NCBI GenBank assembly: GCA_964522435.1 | Contig: CAZFUL010000003.1 | Coordinates: 1-55,541, forward strand | Origin: an uncultured Gammaproteobacteria bacterium | GTDB lineage: Bacteria > Patescibacteriota > Patescibacteriia > Magasanikbacterales > UBA922 | Reading direction: 5' to 3' | Length of the DNA stretch: 55,541 bases | Part shown: piece by piece, positions 20,257 through 29,142 of the stretch | How positions within the stretch are numbered: position 1 is the stretch's first letter | Layout: each line of letters opens with the position of its first letter | The notes under the pieces: model-generated | What the model was told of the DNA's origin: nothing | The model's input: only the letters and a program-made list of their open reading frames with translations | The model's database searches: none | Translations under genes and position numbers: made by a program

Positions 20257-21375
20257 TTATTGCCGTATAGGCATGACAATATACGTAAAATCATCCGAGG
20301 ACTTTGCTTTAAAAATACACGGCGAATCCGCACTATTCATTTTACATTCTAATATATCGTCTTCAATATGCTGTACGCCTTCTAACACATAGCGATAATT
20401 GAGTAACACACTGCCGCCCTCTCCTAGGGCCTCTGCATCAATTTCTGAGGCGTGTTCTCCTGTTTGTGCGCTGGTAGATGAAATACGACAGTGTTTTTTT
20501 TGTGCATCAATAGAAAGAGAAATCGCATTTACTCCTGCGTGACTAAACAAACTCGCGGCTTTAACACTATTAATGAACGCATCTTTAGAAATTTCTGCCG
20601 TGGTTTGAAATTGCGTTGGAATAATTTGTCGATAATCTGGGTAGTTGCCATCAATTAATCGAGACATCATATCAATGTCGTCTGTACGCAAGCTGATTTG
20701 CCCCTCTCCCAAAGAAAGGGTCACTGTTTTTGTTTCAGAGGCAATAACCCCAAGCAGGCGAACAAACTCGGCAACAGTTCGTGCGGGAATAATACATTGT
20801 TTTTCTTCTTGCATATGAGCAAGCATAATTTTACTTTCGGACAAACGGTACGAATCTGTTGCAGCAAACACGACCTCTTTTGTTTCTTTTGCAAAAAAAG
20901 AACAAAAAATCCCAGAGAGCTCTGGACGAATTTCATTTTTTGCCGCTGCAAACATGACATTGCTAAAGGCTTCCTTTAGTGCCTGCGTTTCAATGACCAC
21001 ATCAAATTGACGCGTCATTGAGGGAATCACCGGATATTCATCAGGACCGTCTCCTTTAATTTTTGTACTACTGCCGCTACTATGAATAATAACCTGTGCT
21101 CCTTCTAAAGAAAGCGTAATCTGTTCATCGCGTAATAGCGTGACATAATCCAATAACGTTTTGGCAGGAACAGTAAATCCACCAGGTTGTTCTACCTTTG
21201 CTCGAACTTGTGCGGTCACGGCTAATTCTAAATTCGTACTTAATAAAGAAACACCACTTTCTTGTGCTCGTATATATATATGAGAAAGAATAGGAAGATT
21301 GCTTGGCTTCATCGCAATCCCACTTGCAACATGTAGTCCTCGTAATAAGTTATCCCGTGTACAAGTAAATTTCAT
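20257..21375 (-). CDS. dnaN: DNA polymerase III beta sliding clamp
   Basis: STNLELAV, ATDSYRL, SRLIDGNYPDYRQIIP, YIVMPIR; downstream of dnaA. Confidence 0.96.
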   Translation of the reverse strand: MKFTCTRDNLLRGLHVASGIAMKPSNLPILSHIYIRAQESGVSLLSTNLELAVTAQVRAKVEQPGGFTVPAKTLLDYVTLLRDEQITLSLEGAQVIIHSSGSSTKIKGDGPDEYPVIPSMTRQFDVVIETQALKEAFSNVMFAAAKNEIRPELSGIFCSFFAKETKEVVFAATDSYRLSESKIMLAHMQEEKQCIIPARTVAEFVRLLGVIASETKTVTLSLGEGQISLRTDDIDMMSRLIDGNYPDYRQIIPTQFQTTAEISKDAFINSVKAASLFSHAGVNAISLSIDAQKKHCRISSTSAQTGEHASEIDAEALGEGGSVLLNYRYVLEGVQHIEDDILECKMNSADSPCIFKAKSSDDFTYIVMPIRQ

Positions 21376-21384
21376 AATTAACAA

Positions 21385-21725
21385 CTATTAACAATTACCA
21401 ATTTTTAAATAAATATATTTTTTAATACTAGTAGTAGTAGTACTGTGCATAGTGGGGAAAAGCCGTATTTGTCGCTAAAGAGAGCACTGTTTTTATTCGA
21501 CTCGTCTGGGGGACGACGGGCCTGAGCTTGGTGATATCTTGGGTTTTTTTATTGCTCAATAAATCTTGGCCAACTGTCTGTGTATAGATTCTTTGTTATC
21601 CCCGTTGAATGCAGGATGTTTTTCACACCTTACACACAATAATTTCTTGTGGATCTTTATGTGGATACCGTCTTGGTATAACAGGGGGATAAGGCAAATT
21701 GTATAGACTAGTCTAGTCAAACACA
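21385..21725. other. replication origin oriC (dnaA-dnaN intergenic): DnaA boxes, DnaA-trios, AT-rich unwinding element
   Basis: AT-rich 21385-21422; trios TAA TAC TAG TAG TAG TAG TAC (21423-21443); adjacent boxes TGTGCATAG (21444-52) and TGGGGAAAA (21453-61); further boxes TTTTTCACA (21619-27), TTACACACA (21630-38), TGTGGATAC (21660-68). Confidence 0.85.
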
Positions 21726-23105
21726 CTATGACATGCTCGTTGCGTATAATTTTTGCTTAATCATGTCGATATCTTGTTTTACTTTTAAATCGCTATCGAG
21801 CGCCTGTTCAATTTTCGTATGCGCATGAATGGCGGTGGTATGATCACGTCCGCCTAATTCATGTCCAATTGCCGGGTAGGATAGTTGTAGCTCGTGACGA
21901 AGAAGGTACATAATAATTTGTCGAGGAAAAGATACTTTCTTTTCTCGACTTTTGCCCATCATATCATCGTTTTTGATATCATAAAATTCACAAACAGCCG
22001 TAACAATGTCTCTTGGTGTTACGGATTTGCGCATAGACTTGCTCTCAAAACTCGCAAGAATGGATTTTACTGTTTCTTTGTTGGGGACTTCGTTATTGAT
22101 TTGGTAATAAACAGAAATCTTATTTAAGGCACCCTCTAGTTCACGGATATTGCTTTGGATAGACGTGGCAATTAATTCCAAGAGCTCTTTGGGTAATTCA
22201 ATATTTTTTTCTTGACATTTTTGTTGCAAAATCGCAATACGAGTTTCTACATTAGGAGAAGAAATGTCAGCAATCATGCCCCATTCAAAACGACTGCGCA
22301 AACGATCTTCGAGCGCAGGGATTGCTTTGGGTGGTCGATCACTCGTCATAACCACTTGTTTTCCGTTTTGGTGGAGTTCATTAAAGGTATGAAAAAATTC
22401 TTCTTGGGTTTGCTCTTTCCCACCAATAAATTGAATATCATCAATAAGCATGAGGTCAACATTGCGATAGCGGGTTTTAAAATCTTTTGCTTTTCCTTCT
22501 TTTACTGCGTTGACAAAATCATTCGTAAATTTTTCAGAACTCACATACATGATCTTTGCTTGAGGATTTTTTTGTAATAAGACATGGCCAATGGCTTGAA
22601 TAAGGTGAGTTTTTCCCAATCCAACATCCCCATAAATAAATAAGGGGTTATAGGCTTCTCCAGGACGATCCGCAACCGCACGGGCCGCTGCATGAGCCAA
22701 TTCATTTTCTTTTCCTACAATAAATGTGTCAAAAGTATACTTTGCTTGCAAACCAAACTGTTGCGCACGGACGCCGGTATTTGAGTAAATAGGCGTTTTT
22801 ACCGAAGAAACACTGGGTTCTTCTTGCACAAAACATTCTTGCTCACTAATATGTTTAATGTTTTCTACTTTATAATCAATGCGTTTAACCGGTTTTCCCG
22901 TAACGCGCTCAATGGTTTTAATTAAATCAGAGTTATATTTTTTTTCTAACCAGCTTTTGGTAAAGGTATTTGGCACACAAACCACCAACTGCCCACTGTT
23001 ATATTCTCCAATCCCCGTATTGCGAAACCAGGTGGTAAAATTTGCTTTAGAGAGGCGGAGTTCAAAATCAGCAAGAACAGCTTGCCATATTTCATAATTC
23101 GTCAT
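21726..23105 (-). CDS. dnaA: chromosomal replication initiator DnaA
   Basis: YTFDTFIVG, YNPLFIYGDVGLGKTHL, LIDDIQF, LRSRFEWG, GGRDHTTAIHA; true start MTNYEIWQ. Confidence 0.97.
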   Translation of the reverse strand: MTNYEIWQAVLADFELRLSKANFTTWFRNTGIGEYNSGQLVVCVPNTFTKSWLEKKYNSDLIKTIERVTGKPVKRIDYKVENIKHISEQECFVQEEPSVSSVKTPIYSNTGVRAQQFGLQAKYTFDTFIVGKENELAHAAARAVADRPGEAYNPLFIYGDVGLGKTHLIQAIGHVLLQKNPQAKIMYVSSEKFTNDFVNAVKEGKAKDFKTRYRNVDLMLIDDIQFIGGKEQTQEEFFHTFNELHQNGKQVVMTSDRPPKAIPALEDRLRSRFEWGMIADISSPNVETRIAILQQKCQEKNIELPKELLELIATSIQSNIRELEGALNKISVYYQINNEVPNKETVKSILASFESKSMRKSVTPRDIVTAVCEFYDIKNDDMMGKSREKKVSFPRQIIMYLLRHELQLSYPAIGHELGGRDHTTAIHAHTKIEQALDSDLKVKQDIDMIKQKLYATSMS

Positions 23106-23229
23106 ACGAGGATGCTGGTTATGCGAGGGTAAAAAATGAGAAGAAGGGAAAATTCCTTCCCATTTTAACACATTTGAGCAGAATACATAGGGCACAAATA
23201 TGGCTGTGTAAAGGCTATAGTGGGTAATG

Positions 23230-23258
23230 TGGGGATAACCTGTGGATTGTGGGGATAA
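23230..23258. promoter_or_regulatory. DnaA-box cluster upstream of dnaA
   Basis: TGGGGATAA (23230-38), TGTGGATTG (23241-49), TGGGGATAA (23250-58). Confidence 0.7.
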
Positions 23259-23272
23259 CCCCTCTGGGGCGC

Positions 23273-23301
23273 TTGACAAATACGAGGCGCTCACTTATAA
23301 T
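23273..23301 (+). promoter_or_regulatory. consensus sigma70 promoter of rpmH
   Basis: TTGACA, 17 nt, TATAAT. Confidence 0.9.
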
Positions 23302-23337
23302 GAGCTCACTTTTGTACCGAAATTCATTATACGCAAT

Positions 23338-23514
23338 ATGCCAAAAAGAACCTACCAACCGAAAAAAAGAAAACGTCAAAAATCACATGGCTTTCGTTCT
23401 CGTATGGCAACGAAAAATGGCCGCAGCGTGTTAAAACGACGTCGCGATAAAGGTCGCCATGACCTTACTGTCAGTGATGAAAAGAAAGGGAAACGCCTTC
23501 GCAAAACCAGATAA
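23338..23514 (+). CDS. rpmH: 50S ribosomal protein L34 (58 aa, C-terminal extension)
   Basis: [36 protein letters not shown]; divergent from dnaA. Confidence 0.95.
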   Translation: MPKRTYQPKKRKRQKSHGFRSRMATKNGRSVLKRRRDKGRHDLTVSDEKKGKRLRKTR

Positions 23515-23525
23515 TTGTTTCTTAC

Positions 23526-23560
23526 ACACCTCGCCAGAAATGGCGGGGTGTTCTTTTTTA
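23526..23560 (+). terminator. terminator after rpmH
   Basis: ACACCTCGCCA-GAAA-TGGCGGGGTGT then TCTTTTTT. Confidence 0.8.
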
Positions 23561-23599
23561 TAGTAAACTAGGGCTACCGGGCTTACCCAGACTTAAGCT

Positions 23600-23977
23600 A
23601 TGCTTCTCCAAAAGAACCGTTTAAAAAAAACCAGCGACATTGAAATCGTTTTTGAAAACGGTCGTTTTGTAGGTGGAGCGCTTACCACGCTTAAGGTGTG
23701 GCATATTATTCCAGAAAAATTTCCCAAACGAGGTTATACAAAAGACGACCTTAAAATTGCCTTTGTCGTCAGTAAAAAAATACATAAAAGTGCTGTTCAA
23801 CGGAACCGGCTCAAACGGCAAATGCGTGAGGTTGTTCGTTTATTACTTAAAGAAAACAAGCTCAGAGCAGGAAATATGCTGTTAGTGATGGCTAAGGCGG
23901 AAATGATTGGGAAAACATATCAAGAGATTGAAACAGATTTATTGGCTGTATTACGCCGAACCAGACTTTTAAGTTAA
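23600..23977 (+). CDS. rnpA: ribonuclease P protein component
   Basis: NRLKK..D...VF..G, IAFVVSKKIHKSAVQRNRLKRQMRE (RNR motif). Confidence 0.93.
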   Translation: MLLQKNRLKKTSDIEIVFENGRFVGGALTTLKVWHIIPEKFPKRGYTKDDLKIAFVVSKKIHKSAVQRNRLKRQMREVVRLLLKENKLRAGNMLLVMAKAEMIGKTYQEIETDLLAVLRRTRLLS

Positions 23978-23986
23978 CATAATAAT

Positions 23987-24020
23987 CCCTCCTTTTTAAG
24001 GAGGGGCTTGGGGTGGTTAT
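23987..24020 (+). repeat. REP-like palindromic repeat, copy 1
   Basis: CCCTCCTTTTTAAGGAGGGGCTTGGGGTGGTTAT; 32/34 identical to the reverse complement of 25806-25839. Confidence 0.8.
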
Positions 24021-24024
24021 TTTT

Positions 24025-24288
24025 ATGCGACTATCTACCCTATTTATCCGTCTCCCCCGCTACCCATTTCTCTGGGCTATCTTACTTTATCAAAAATTAT
24101 TATCCCCGGACCATTCTTTTTGGGCAAAACACTGGTACCCACAAGGCTATTGTCCCTATTCCCCGAGTTGTAGCAGCTACGGCTACGAGGTAATTAAGAA
24201 ATATGGGGTGATAAAAGGGATGGCAAAGGCTGGCTGGCGTATTGTACGCTGTAACCCGTGGGGTAAGGGTGGGGTGGATTTGCCGTAA
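24025..24288 (+). CDS. yidD: membrane protein insertion efficiency factor YidD
   Basis: YQKLLSP, CPYSPSCSSYGYEVI.KYG.IKG, RIVRCNPWGKGGVD. Confidence 0.92.
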   Translation: MRLSTLFIRLPRYPFLWAILLYQKLLSPDHSFWAKHWYPQGYCPYSPSCSSYGYEVIKKYGVIKGMAKAGWRIVRCNPWGKGGVDLP

Positions 24289-24339
24289 ATGGCTTTTTAT
24301 AGAAAACCGCTAACATAAGCGAAAAACCACAAAAACAGT

Positions 24340-24366
24340 AAAAATGGCTCAATACAGCCATTTTTT
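24340..24366 (+). terminator. terminator after yidD
   Basis: AAAAATGGCT-CAATAC-AGCCATTTTTT. Confidence 0.72.
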
Positions 24367-24432
24367 GTTATTTTATAAAAATAATTTGGCTAATATAAGC
24401 CAAGTTCTATATTTATCACTCTCGATGTACTA

Positions 24433-24461
24433 TTGACAAAACTGCTTTTTTGTGGTATTAT
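24433..24461 (+). promoter_or_regulatory. sigma70 promoter upstream of GC-rich orphan
   Basis: TTGACA, 17 nt, TGg-TATTAT (extended -10). Confidence 0.78.
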
Positions 24462-24612
24462 GTCTCGTTCTATCCTGAAAGCCGATCCTGGCTGATGGGT
24501 AGAGCGCCCAAGCTCTTTTCGCCAATATACCGTTGTGGTTGAGGCGAACCAATCGATAACGGGTCTGCGGACCCATGCTGCGGCAGCCTATGCTGACCGC
24601 CGGAGATGCCCC

Positions 24613-24996
24613 ATGCGCGCCCTCATCCTCGTAGTTCTGTCCTACGTTCTGGTTCCCGCCTGGATCGCCGCCGCCCAGGCTCAGCCTGTGGTTTCCAAAG
24701 AGTGTCGGCCCCGCCTCGTTCAGGGGGTGCTGCTCACCCCCGTCGGGTGTGAGCTCGCCCTGAAGAACAAGCACGACAACGCCACGGAGCAGAAGCGGCT
24801 GGCGGACGTCCGCAAGGACAAGGCGGCGGCCAAGCTGGCGGAGGCCCAGCAGGACCTGAAGGATACTGCCGAAGCCGCTCGCGCGGCTGAGATGCAGGTG
24901 ACGGAGCGTCCCAAGCTCCGCACCACCCTCCCCAGCCTGCCCGTGCCCGGCACACGTGGCCCCGCCGTTGATCTCGGCGGCAAAGTGGAGTTCTAA
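24613..24996 (+). CDS. GC-rich orphan secreted coiled-coil protein (127 aa)
   Basis: GGAG before ATG, signal peptide MRALILVVLSYVLVPAWIAAAQA, CRP..C pair, Ala/Lys/Glu-rich helix; strong GC3 bias. Confidence 0.72.
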   Translation: MRALILVVLSYVLVPAWIAAAQAQPVVSKECRPRLVQGVLLTPVGCELALKNKHDNATEQKRLADVRKDKAAAKLAEAQQDLKDTAEAARAAEMQVTERPKLRTTLPSLPVPGTRGPAVDLGGKVEF

Positions 24997-25176
24997 CGAA
25001 CTCCGACTCGGAATAGCTTGACCGAGTATAAACAACATCAGCTCTGCGCTCTGTGCGTGTGTACCACATATCCCCGGTACCCAATCAGAGAAGCAGAAGG
25101 CGAAGCTCACCCCTTCGCCTCCCCAACTATCATCATCTGCTTTGCAGGTGGTCATGAAAGGGAAAAAATACACAAG

Positions 25177-25211
25177 AAAAAAAGCCAACGACGAACACTC
25201 GTTGGTTTTTT
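25177..25211 (+). terminator. terminator closing the GC-rich orphan unit
   Basis: AAAAAAGCCAACGA-CGAACAC-TCGTTGGTTTTTT with a G-U pair on the + strand. Confidence 0.8.
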
Positions 25212-25320
25212 ATTTATTAATAAACTCAGTTACCTAAGACAACCGAGTCCCCCCTCTTTACAAAACCACCAGAACTATGCTTAACTAATAGACTTTGTTC
25301 TTTACTGAAGGAGAAGAGAG

Positions 25321-25710
25321 ATGTTGCGCATCATGATCGTGCTGATTTTTTTGACCGCCTGCGGCGGCACGCATGGCCATCAGTTCATCTACGAACTGCA
25401 TAGCCCCTATTTGCGGGGTAGTGTACACGTGATCAACCGGGAACTCGGTTGGGAGCTGTTGTACAACAATTTCGCGGGGGAAGCTGCGTTGGTAGACGGC
25501 GAACGCGGCCGCGATGCCGCTGGCAATGAAGCTGTTTTTTTTCGTATCCCATCAGATGGGTATCGGGAAGAGTTGGTGCTCATTGTCTTACCGACGCAAG
25601 GCGTCGGTTATGAGCGCAAGCGCCGCAACAGCGAGTTTACCGGACCATATTTTGAGCTGGTGCTCAAAAGCTCGGTGCCACTGTCGGCCCGCAAAAAAAC
25701 GTCTCACTAA
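25321..25710 (+). CDS. orphan putative lipoprotein (129 aa)
   Basis: AAGGAG SD, lipobox MLRIMIVLIFLTA-C. Confidence 0.65.
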   Translation: MLRIMIVLIFLTACGGTHGHQFIYELHSPYLRGSVHVINRELGWELLYNNFAGEAALVDGERGRDAAGNEAVFFRIPSDGYREELVLIVLPTQGVGYERKRRNSEFTGPYFELVLKSSVPLSARKKTSH

Positions 25711-25805
25711 CTTGCGCGAAAATTATGGAGGTACTTTTTCGCGCTCCTGAATATATATATCTTTGTTTTCAAAGGTATCTGTGGAAGGAAAAATGATACG
25801 GGTTG

Positions 25806-25839
25806 ATAACCTCCCCCAGCCCCTCCTTAAAAAGGAGGG
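25806..25839 (-). repeat. REP-like palindromic repeat, copy 2 (inverted relative to copy 1)
   Basis: Minus strand CCCTCCTTTTTAAGGAGGGGCTGGGGGAGGTTAT. Confidence 0.8.
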
Positions 25840-25849
25840 GGGCAATTTC

Positions 25850-26080
25850 TTATTCTATTATCTCTACGATTTTTTTTCTCCCCTTCTCTCCTTTCAGAAT
25901 TGTGATACACGACTTCGCAACATCAAATTGTTTGCTCAGTAATTCAATAAGCTTTTTATTTGCTTCGCCGTCCACGGGTGCTGCCGTGAGTTTTACTTTA
26001 TAAGCACCTGCTTGGTCTAAAGGAATAATTTCGTTTTTGGAAGAACGAGGTATTACCGTAATCGTTAAAATTTTTTTCAT
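25850..26080 (-). CDS. DUF167 / YggU family protein
   Basis: [41 protein letters not shown]. Confidence 0.9.
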   Translation of the reverse strand: MKKILTITVIPRSSKNEIIPLDQAGAYKVKLTAAPVDGEANKKLIELLSKQFDVAKSCITILKGEKGRKKIVEIIE

Positions 26081-26106
26081 ATATTTTTACTATACGATAG
26101 GGTCTA

Positions 26107-26135
26107 TAAAAAACCCCGAATTAATCGGGGTTTTT
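26107..26135. terminator. terminator after tig
   Basis: AAAAAAACCCCGA-ATTAA-TCGGGGTTTTT. Confidence 0.85.
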
Positions 26136-26144
26136 ATACGAACG

Positions 26145-27458
26145 TTATTTTTTTTCTTCTGCTTTTGGCGTTGCTTTTTCAGGAGCAAGAATTTGTTCTT
26201 TTAACCAAGACATTACTTTTTTATTTTGCAACATGACGGCAATAGATTCACGCACTTCAGGACGTTTTAACCGTTCTTGTGTTTGTTCATCTTTGTACAT
26301 GGCTTTGATCAACTCAATTTCTTTATTAATTTCATCATCATGTGCGTGGAGGTGTTGTTCTTTCGCAATTTCTCGAGAGATGAGCGCTGCTTTGGCACGT
26401 TTGGTTGCTTGATCCGTAAAGTCGTTAAAGAGCTCGTCTTCTTTTTTCTTTATATCTTTAAGGTACTGTTCTACGGTAATACCAGAGCGCTCTAAATTAC
26501 TTTTTAATTCGTAAAATATTTTTTGACGTTCTGCATTAATCAATACTTCAGGTAAATCACCAAAGGTGGTTTTTTCAATTAAGGCATCGAGCATGTCAAT
26601 TTCTACTTGTTGATCTGCTTTTTGTTCTGCCTCTGCTTCTAAGTTTGATTGAATGAGTGCTTGTAATTCGGCGGCACTTTTTTGTCCAACCTTTTGTGCA
26701 AAGTCATCAGTAAATTCAGGGAGTGTTCGTTCAAACACGTCTTTGACCAACACCGTAAAGTCAACAGTTTTTCCTGCTAAATGTTTTTGATAATGGGTTT
26801 TAGGAAACTCTAATGAAAATTGTTTTTCTTCTCCTTTTTCTAACCCTTCCATGTGTTTGTTAAATCCAGGAATGTAGTGATCTTCACTCAAGTACACTTG
26901 ATAATCTTTTGCTTGACCACCTTCCACAGGAACTTTGTCAATAAACATGTCCATATTGATAACGAGTTTATCTGTGCCTGTTGCCTTACCTTCCTTTACC
27001 GCTTCTGTTGCATGCATCCCACGAATGGCATCAATGGTTTCTGTAAGCGTTGCAGCATCAATCGTTTTTTTATTTTTTTTCACGGAAATTTTTTTCAAAT
27101 CAGGCAGTTTGATCTCTGGCAGTAAGGCAACGGTTGCAGAAAAAACAATATCATTGCCAGGCGCTAATTTTTCTAAATGAATTTCTGGCATACCAACCAC
27201 ATCCATCTTTTCTTTTTGGATGCTTTCAACATAGGCTTTTTGCACAATTGATTCCAATGCTTCTTGCAAAATCATCATGTCGCCCAATTCTTTTTTTACA
27301 ATATCAAACGGAGCTTTTCCTTTTCTAAAGCCTTTAATCGCGGTGCGTGCAGATAAGCGATCTGCCGCGATTTTAAGATCCGCGTCATATTCCGCGGGAG
27401 TAACAGTAACAACGAGTTTTATTTGAGATTGTTTCAGTGTTTCTTTAGTATATGACAT
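26145..27458 (-). CDS. tig: trigger factor
   Basis: IKGFRKGKAP ribosome-binding motif, FKBP domain (YIPGF...L.G...GEEKQF.L.FP..Y). Confidence 0.96.
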   Translation of the reverse strand: MSYTKETLKQSQIKLVVTVTPAEYDADLKIAADRLSARTAIKGFRKGKAPFDIVKKELGDMMILQEALESIVQKAYVESIQKEKMDVVGMPEIHLEKLAPGNDIVFSATVALLPEIKLPDLKKISVKKNKKTIDAATLTETIDAIRGMHATEAVKEGKATGTDKLVINMDMFIDKVPVEGGQAKDYQVYLSEDHYIPGFNKHMEGLEKGEEKQFSLEFPKTHYQKHLAGKTVDFTVLVKDVFERTLPEFTDDFAQKVGQKSAAELQALIQSNLEAEAEQKADQQVEIDMLDALIEKTTFGDLPEVLINAERQKIFYELKSNLERSGITVEQYLKDIKKKEDELFNDFTDQATKRAKAALISREIAKEQHLHAHDDEINKEIELIKAMYKDEQTQERLKRPEVRESIAVMLQNKKVMSWLKEQILAPEKATPKAEEKK

Positions 27459-27578
27459 AACAGAATAATCAATATAATAGCTAAAAATGAGCCTCTAGAA
27501 TAGCTTAATCTAGCAAAGAAGTCAACTTTTACCCTTTTCAAAGGAGGTGGTTTGTGATAGGCTGAGACTAAGAAACAT

Positions 27579-28970
27579 ATGAAACCACGCCTGTATACCG
27601 TGCTTCTCTATATCCTCCGCTCTTTTGTCTATATCAAACGAGCTGTTTTTTTCTTACTCCATATTGCCTGGCAAGGCTTTGGTCGCTTACATGACCTCTA
27701 TTCGGAAACGATAGGATTTCGTCTCTATAAAATATATTTCTTCTTTTTTCGTAAATTGCAAAAATATCATATTCGTTTTGATAAAAGCTTAGTAGAGCTT
27801 TTCTCTCGTCGGGCGGCGCTACAAGGGATCTTTCTGGCGCTTATTTTGTTAGTTATCTTTCCTGAGAGCAAGTTGTATACCAAGGAGATCACAAATCGTA
27901 TCCCAGGGAGACAAACCTTGTTGTATCAATTGGTTGGCCCGGGAGACCAAGATTTTGCCTTGGATGACATTGTTATTGAAGAAGCGGGCAACGATATTGC
28001 GCAATTGGGTCAATCGCAAAGCTGGCGAGAGGGTGCCTTAAGTGTGGATGGTCCAGTTGGTGCCAGCAGTGATATTGCTCGTGTGCCGCAGGATATTGGC
28101 GGTATTACCGCTGGCGGCTCTGCCATTACTAAACCAACTATTATTCCGGGAATGACACTGCCAACACTTGGCAGTAGTGGCGAAGCGGTTGGGGGCGTGC
28201 GTAGCGCTACGGTTGAGTATACTGTTCAGCCAGGCGATGTGCTGGGTGTTATTGCAGAACAGTTTGGTATTAGTGTTAATACCATTCTTTGGGCAAATAA
28301 TTTAACGACTCGTTCATACATCCGTCCTGGGGATACCTTAAAAATTCCACCACAATCAGGCGTATTCCATGTGGTAAAACGAGGTGATACGGTTAATGCT
28401 ATTGCAAATACGTATGATGCAAAAGCGCCAGATATTATTGCCTTTAATAAGCTACAAGAAAATGGTGCAGATATTGTTGTCGGGGAAGAACTATTTATCC
28501 CTGGTGGAGAGAAAAAAGCACCGACCCCTGTATATACGGCACCAATTCCTAACACTATTGCCCGACAAGTTGCGGCCCCACAACCATCGGTAGAAGCCCC
28601 TGCAGGATCTGGCTATATTTGGCCAACGAATGTTCGTACGATTACCCAATACTTTGGCTGGCGCCATACAGGGGTAGACATTGCGGGTCCTGTTGGATCA
28701 GCATTATATGCAGCACAATCTGGAACGGTTATTACCTCTCAATGTGGATGGAATGGAGGCTATGGTTGTTATATTATTGTTGATCATGGTGGTGGGGTAA
28801 CAACCTTATATGGCCATGCCTCACAATTGGATGTTTCTGTGGGTGATGACGTTGATCAAGGACAGGTGATTGGATTAATGGGGTCAACAGGTCGTTCAAC
28901 CGGTCCTCATGTTCACTTTGAGGTGCGCGTTAATGGAAGCAAACAAAATCCGCTCAAATACGTGCGCTAA
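27579..28970 (+). CDS. LysM-LysM-M23 peptidoglycan metallopeptidase
   Basis: Two LysM (YTVQPGDVL, HVVKRGDTV), HTGVDIA, TLYGHAS, STGPHVHFEV. Confidence 0.93.
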   Translation: MKPRLYTVLLYILRSFVYIKRAVFFLLHIAWQGFGRLHDLYSETIGFRLYKIYFFFFRKLQKYHIRFDKSLVELFSRRAALQGIFLALILLVIFPESKLYTKEITNRIPGRQTLLYQLVGPGDQDFALDDIVIEEAGNDIAQLGQSQSWREGALSVDGPVGASSDIARVPQDIGGITAGGSAITKPTIIPGMTLPTLGSSGEAVGGVRSATVEYTVQPGDVLGVIAEQFGISVNTILWANNLTTRSYIRPGDTLKIPPQSGVFHVVKRGDTVNAIANTYDAKAPDIIAFNKLQENGADIVVGEELFIPGGEKKAPTPVYTAPIPNTIARQVAAPQPSVEAPAGSGYIWPTNVRTITQYFGWRHTGVDIAGPVGSALYAAQSGTVITSQCGWNGGYGCYIIVDHGGGVTTLYGHASQLDVSVGDDVDQGQVIGLMGSTGRSTGPHVHFEVRVNGSKQNPLKYVR

Positions 28971-29142
28971 TAAATTATTTCAAGCGAAGATACACTGCCG
29001 TTTGAATTATTTGAAGCGATACAACACAGATAAAGAGAATATCATTCTAGAGATATGGTCTTTTGTCTATAAAAGATTGTTTTCCTGGGATGATCAATCT
29101 TTAGGGCGCTCACGGACGCGTTTCCGTTGATGGGGTTGCTTC

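Noticed and set aside
21423-21443. TAG trinucleotide run as a microsatellite or CRISPR remnant
   Set aside because: Better explained as DnaA-trios; no repeat-spacer periodicity anywhere in the window
23106-23294. 63-aa N-terminal extension of DnaA in the ORF track
   Set aside because: It covers DnaA boxes and the rpmH promoter; domain I starts at MTNYEIWQ (23105)
24430-25188. Long minus-strand ORFs (252 aa, 116 aa) over the GC-rich segment
   Set aside because: Shadow ORFs expected in GC-rich DNA; promoter, SD, signal peptide and terminator all support the + strand ORF
24988-25211. Possible integron attC sites after the orphan ORFs (TTCTAAC, CACTAAC at stops)
   Set aside because: They do not fit RYYYAAC, no matching GTTRRRY end box was found, and no integron integrase is present
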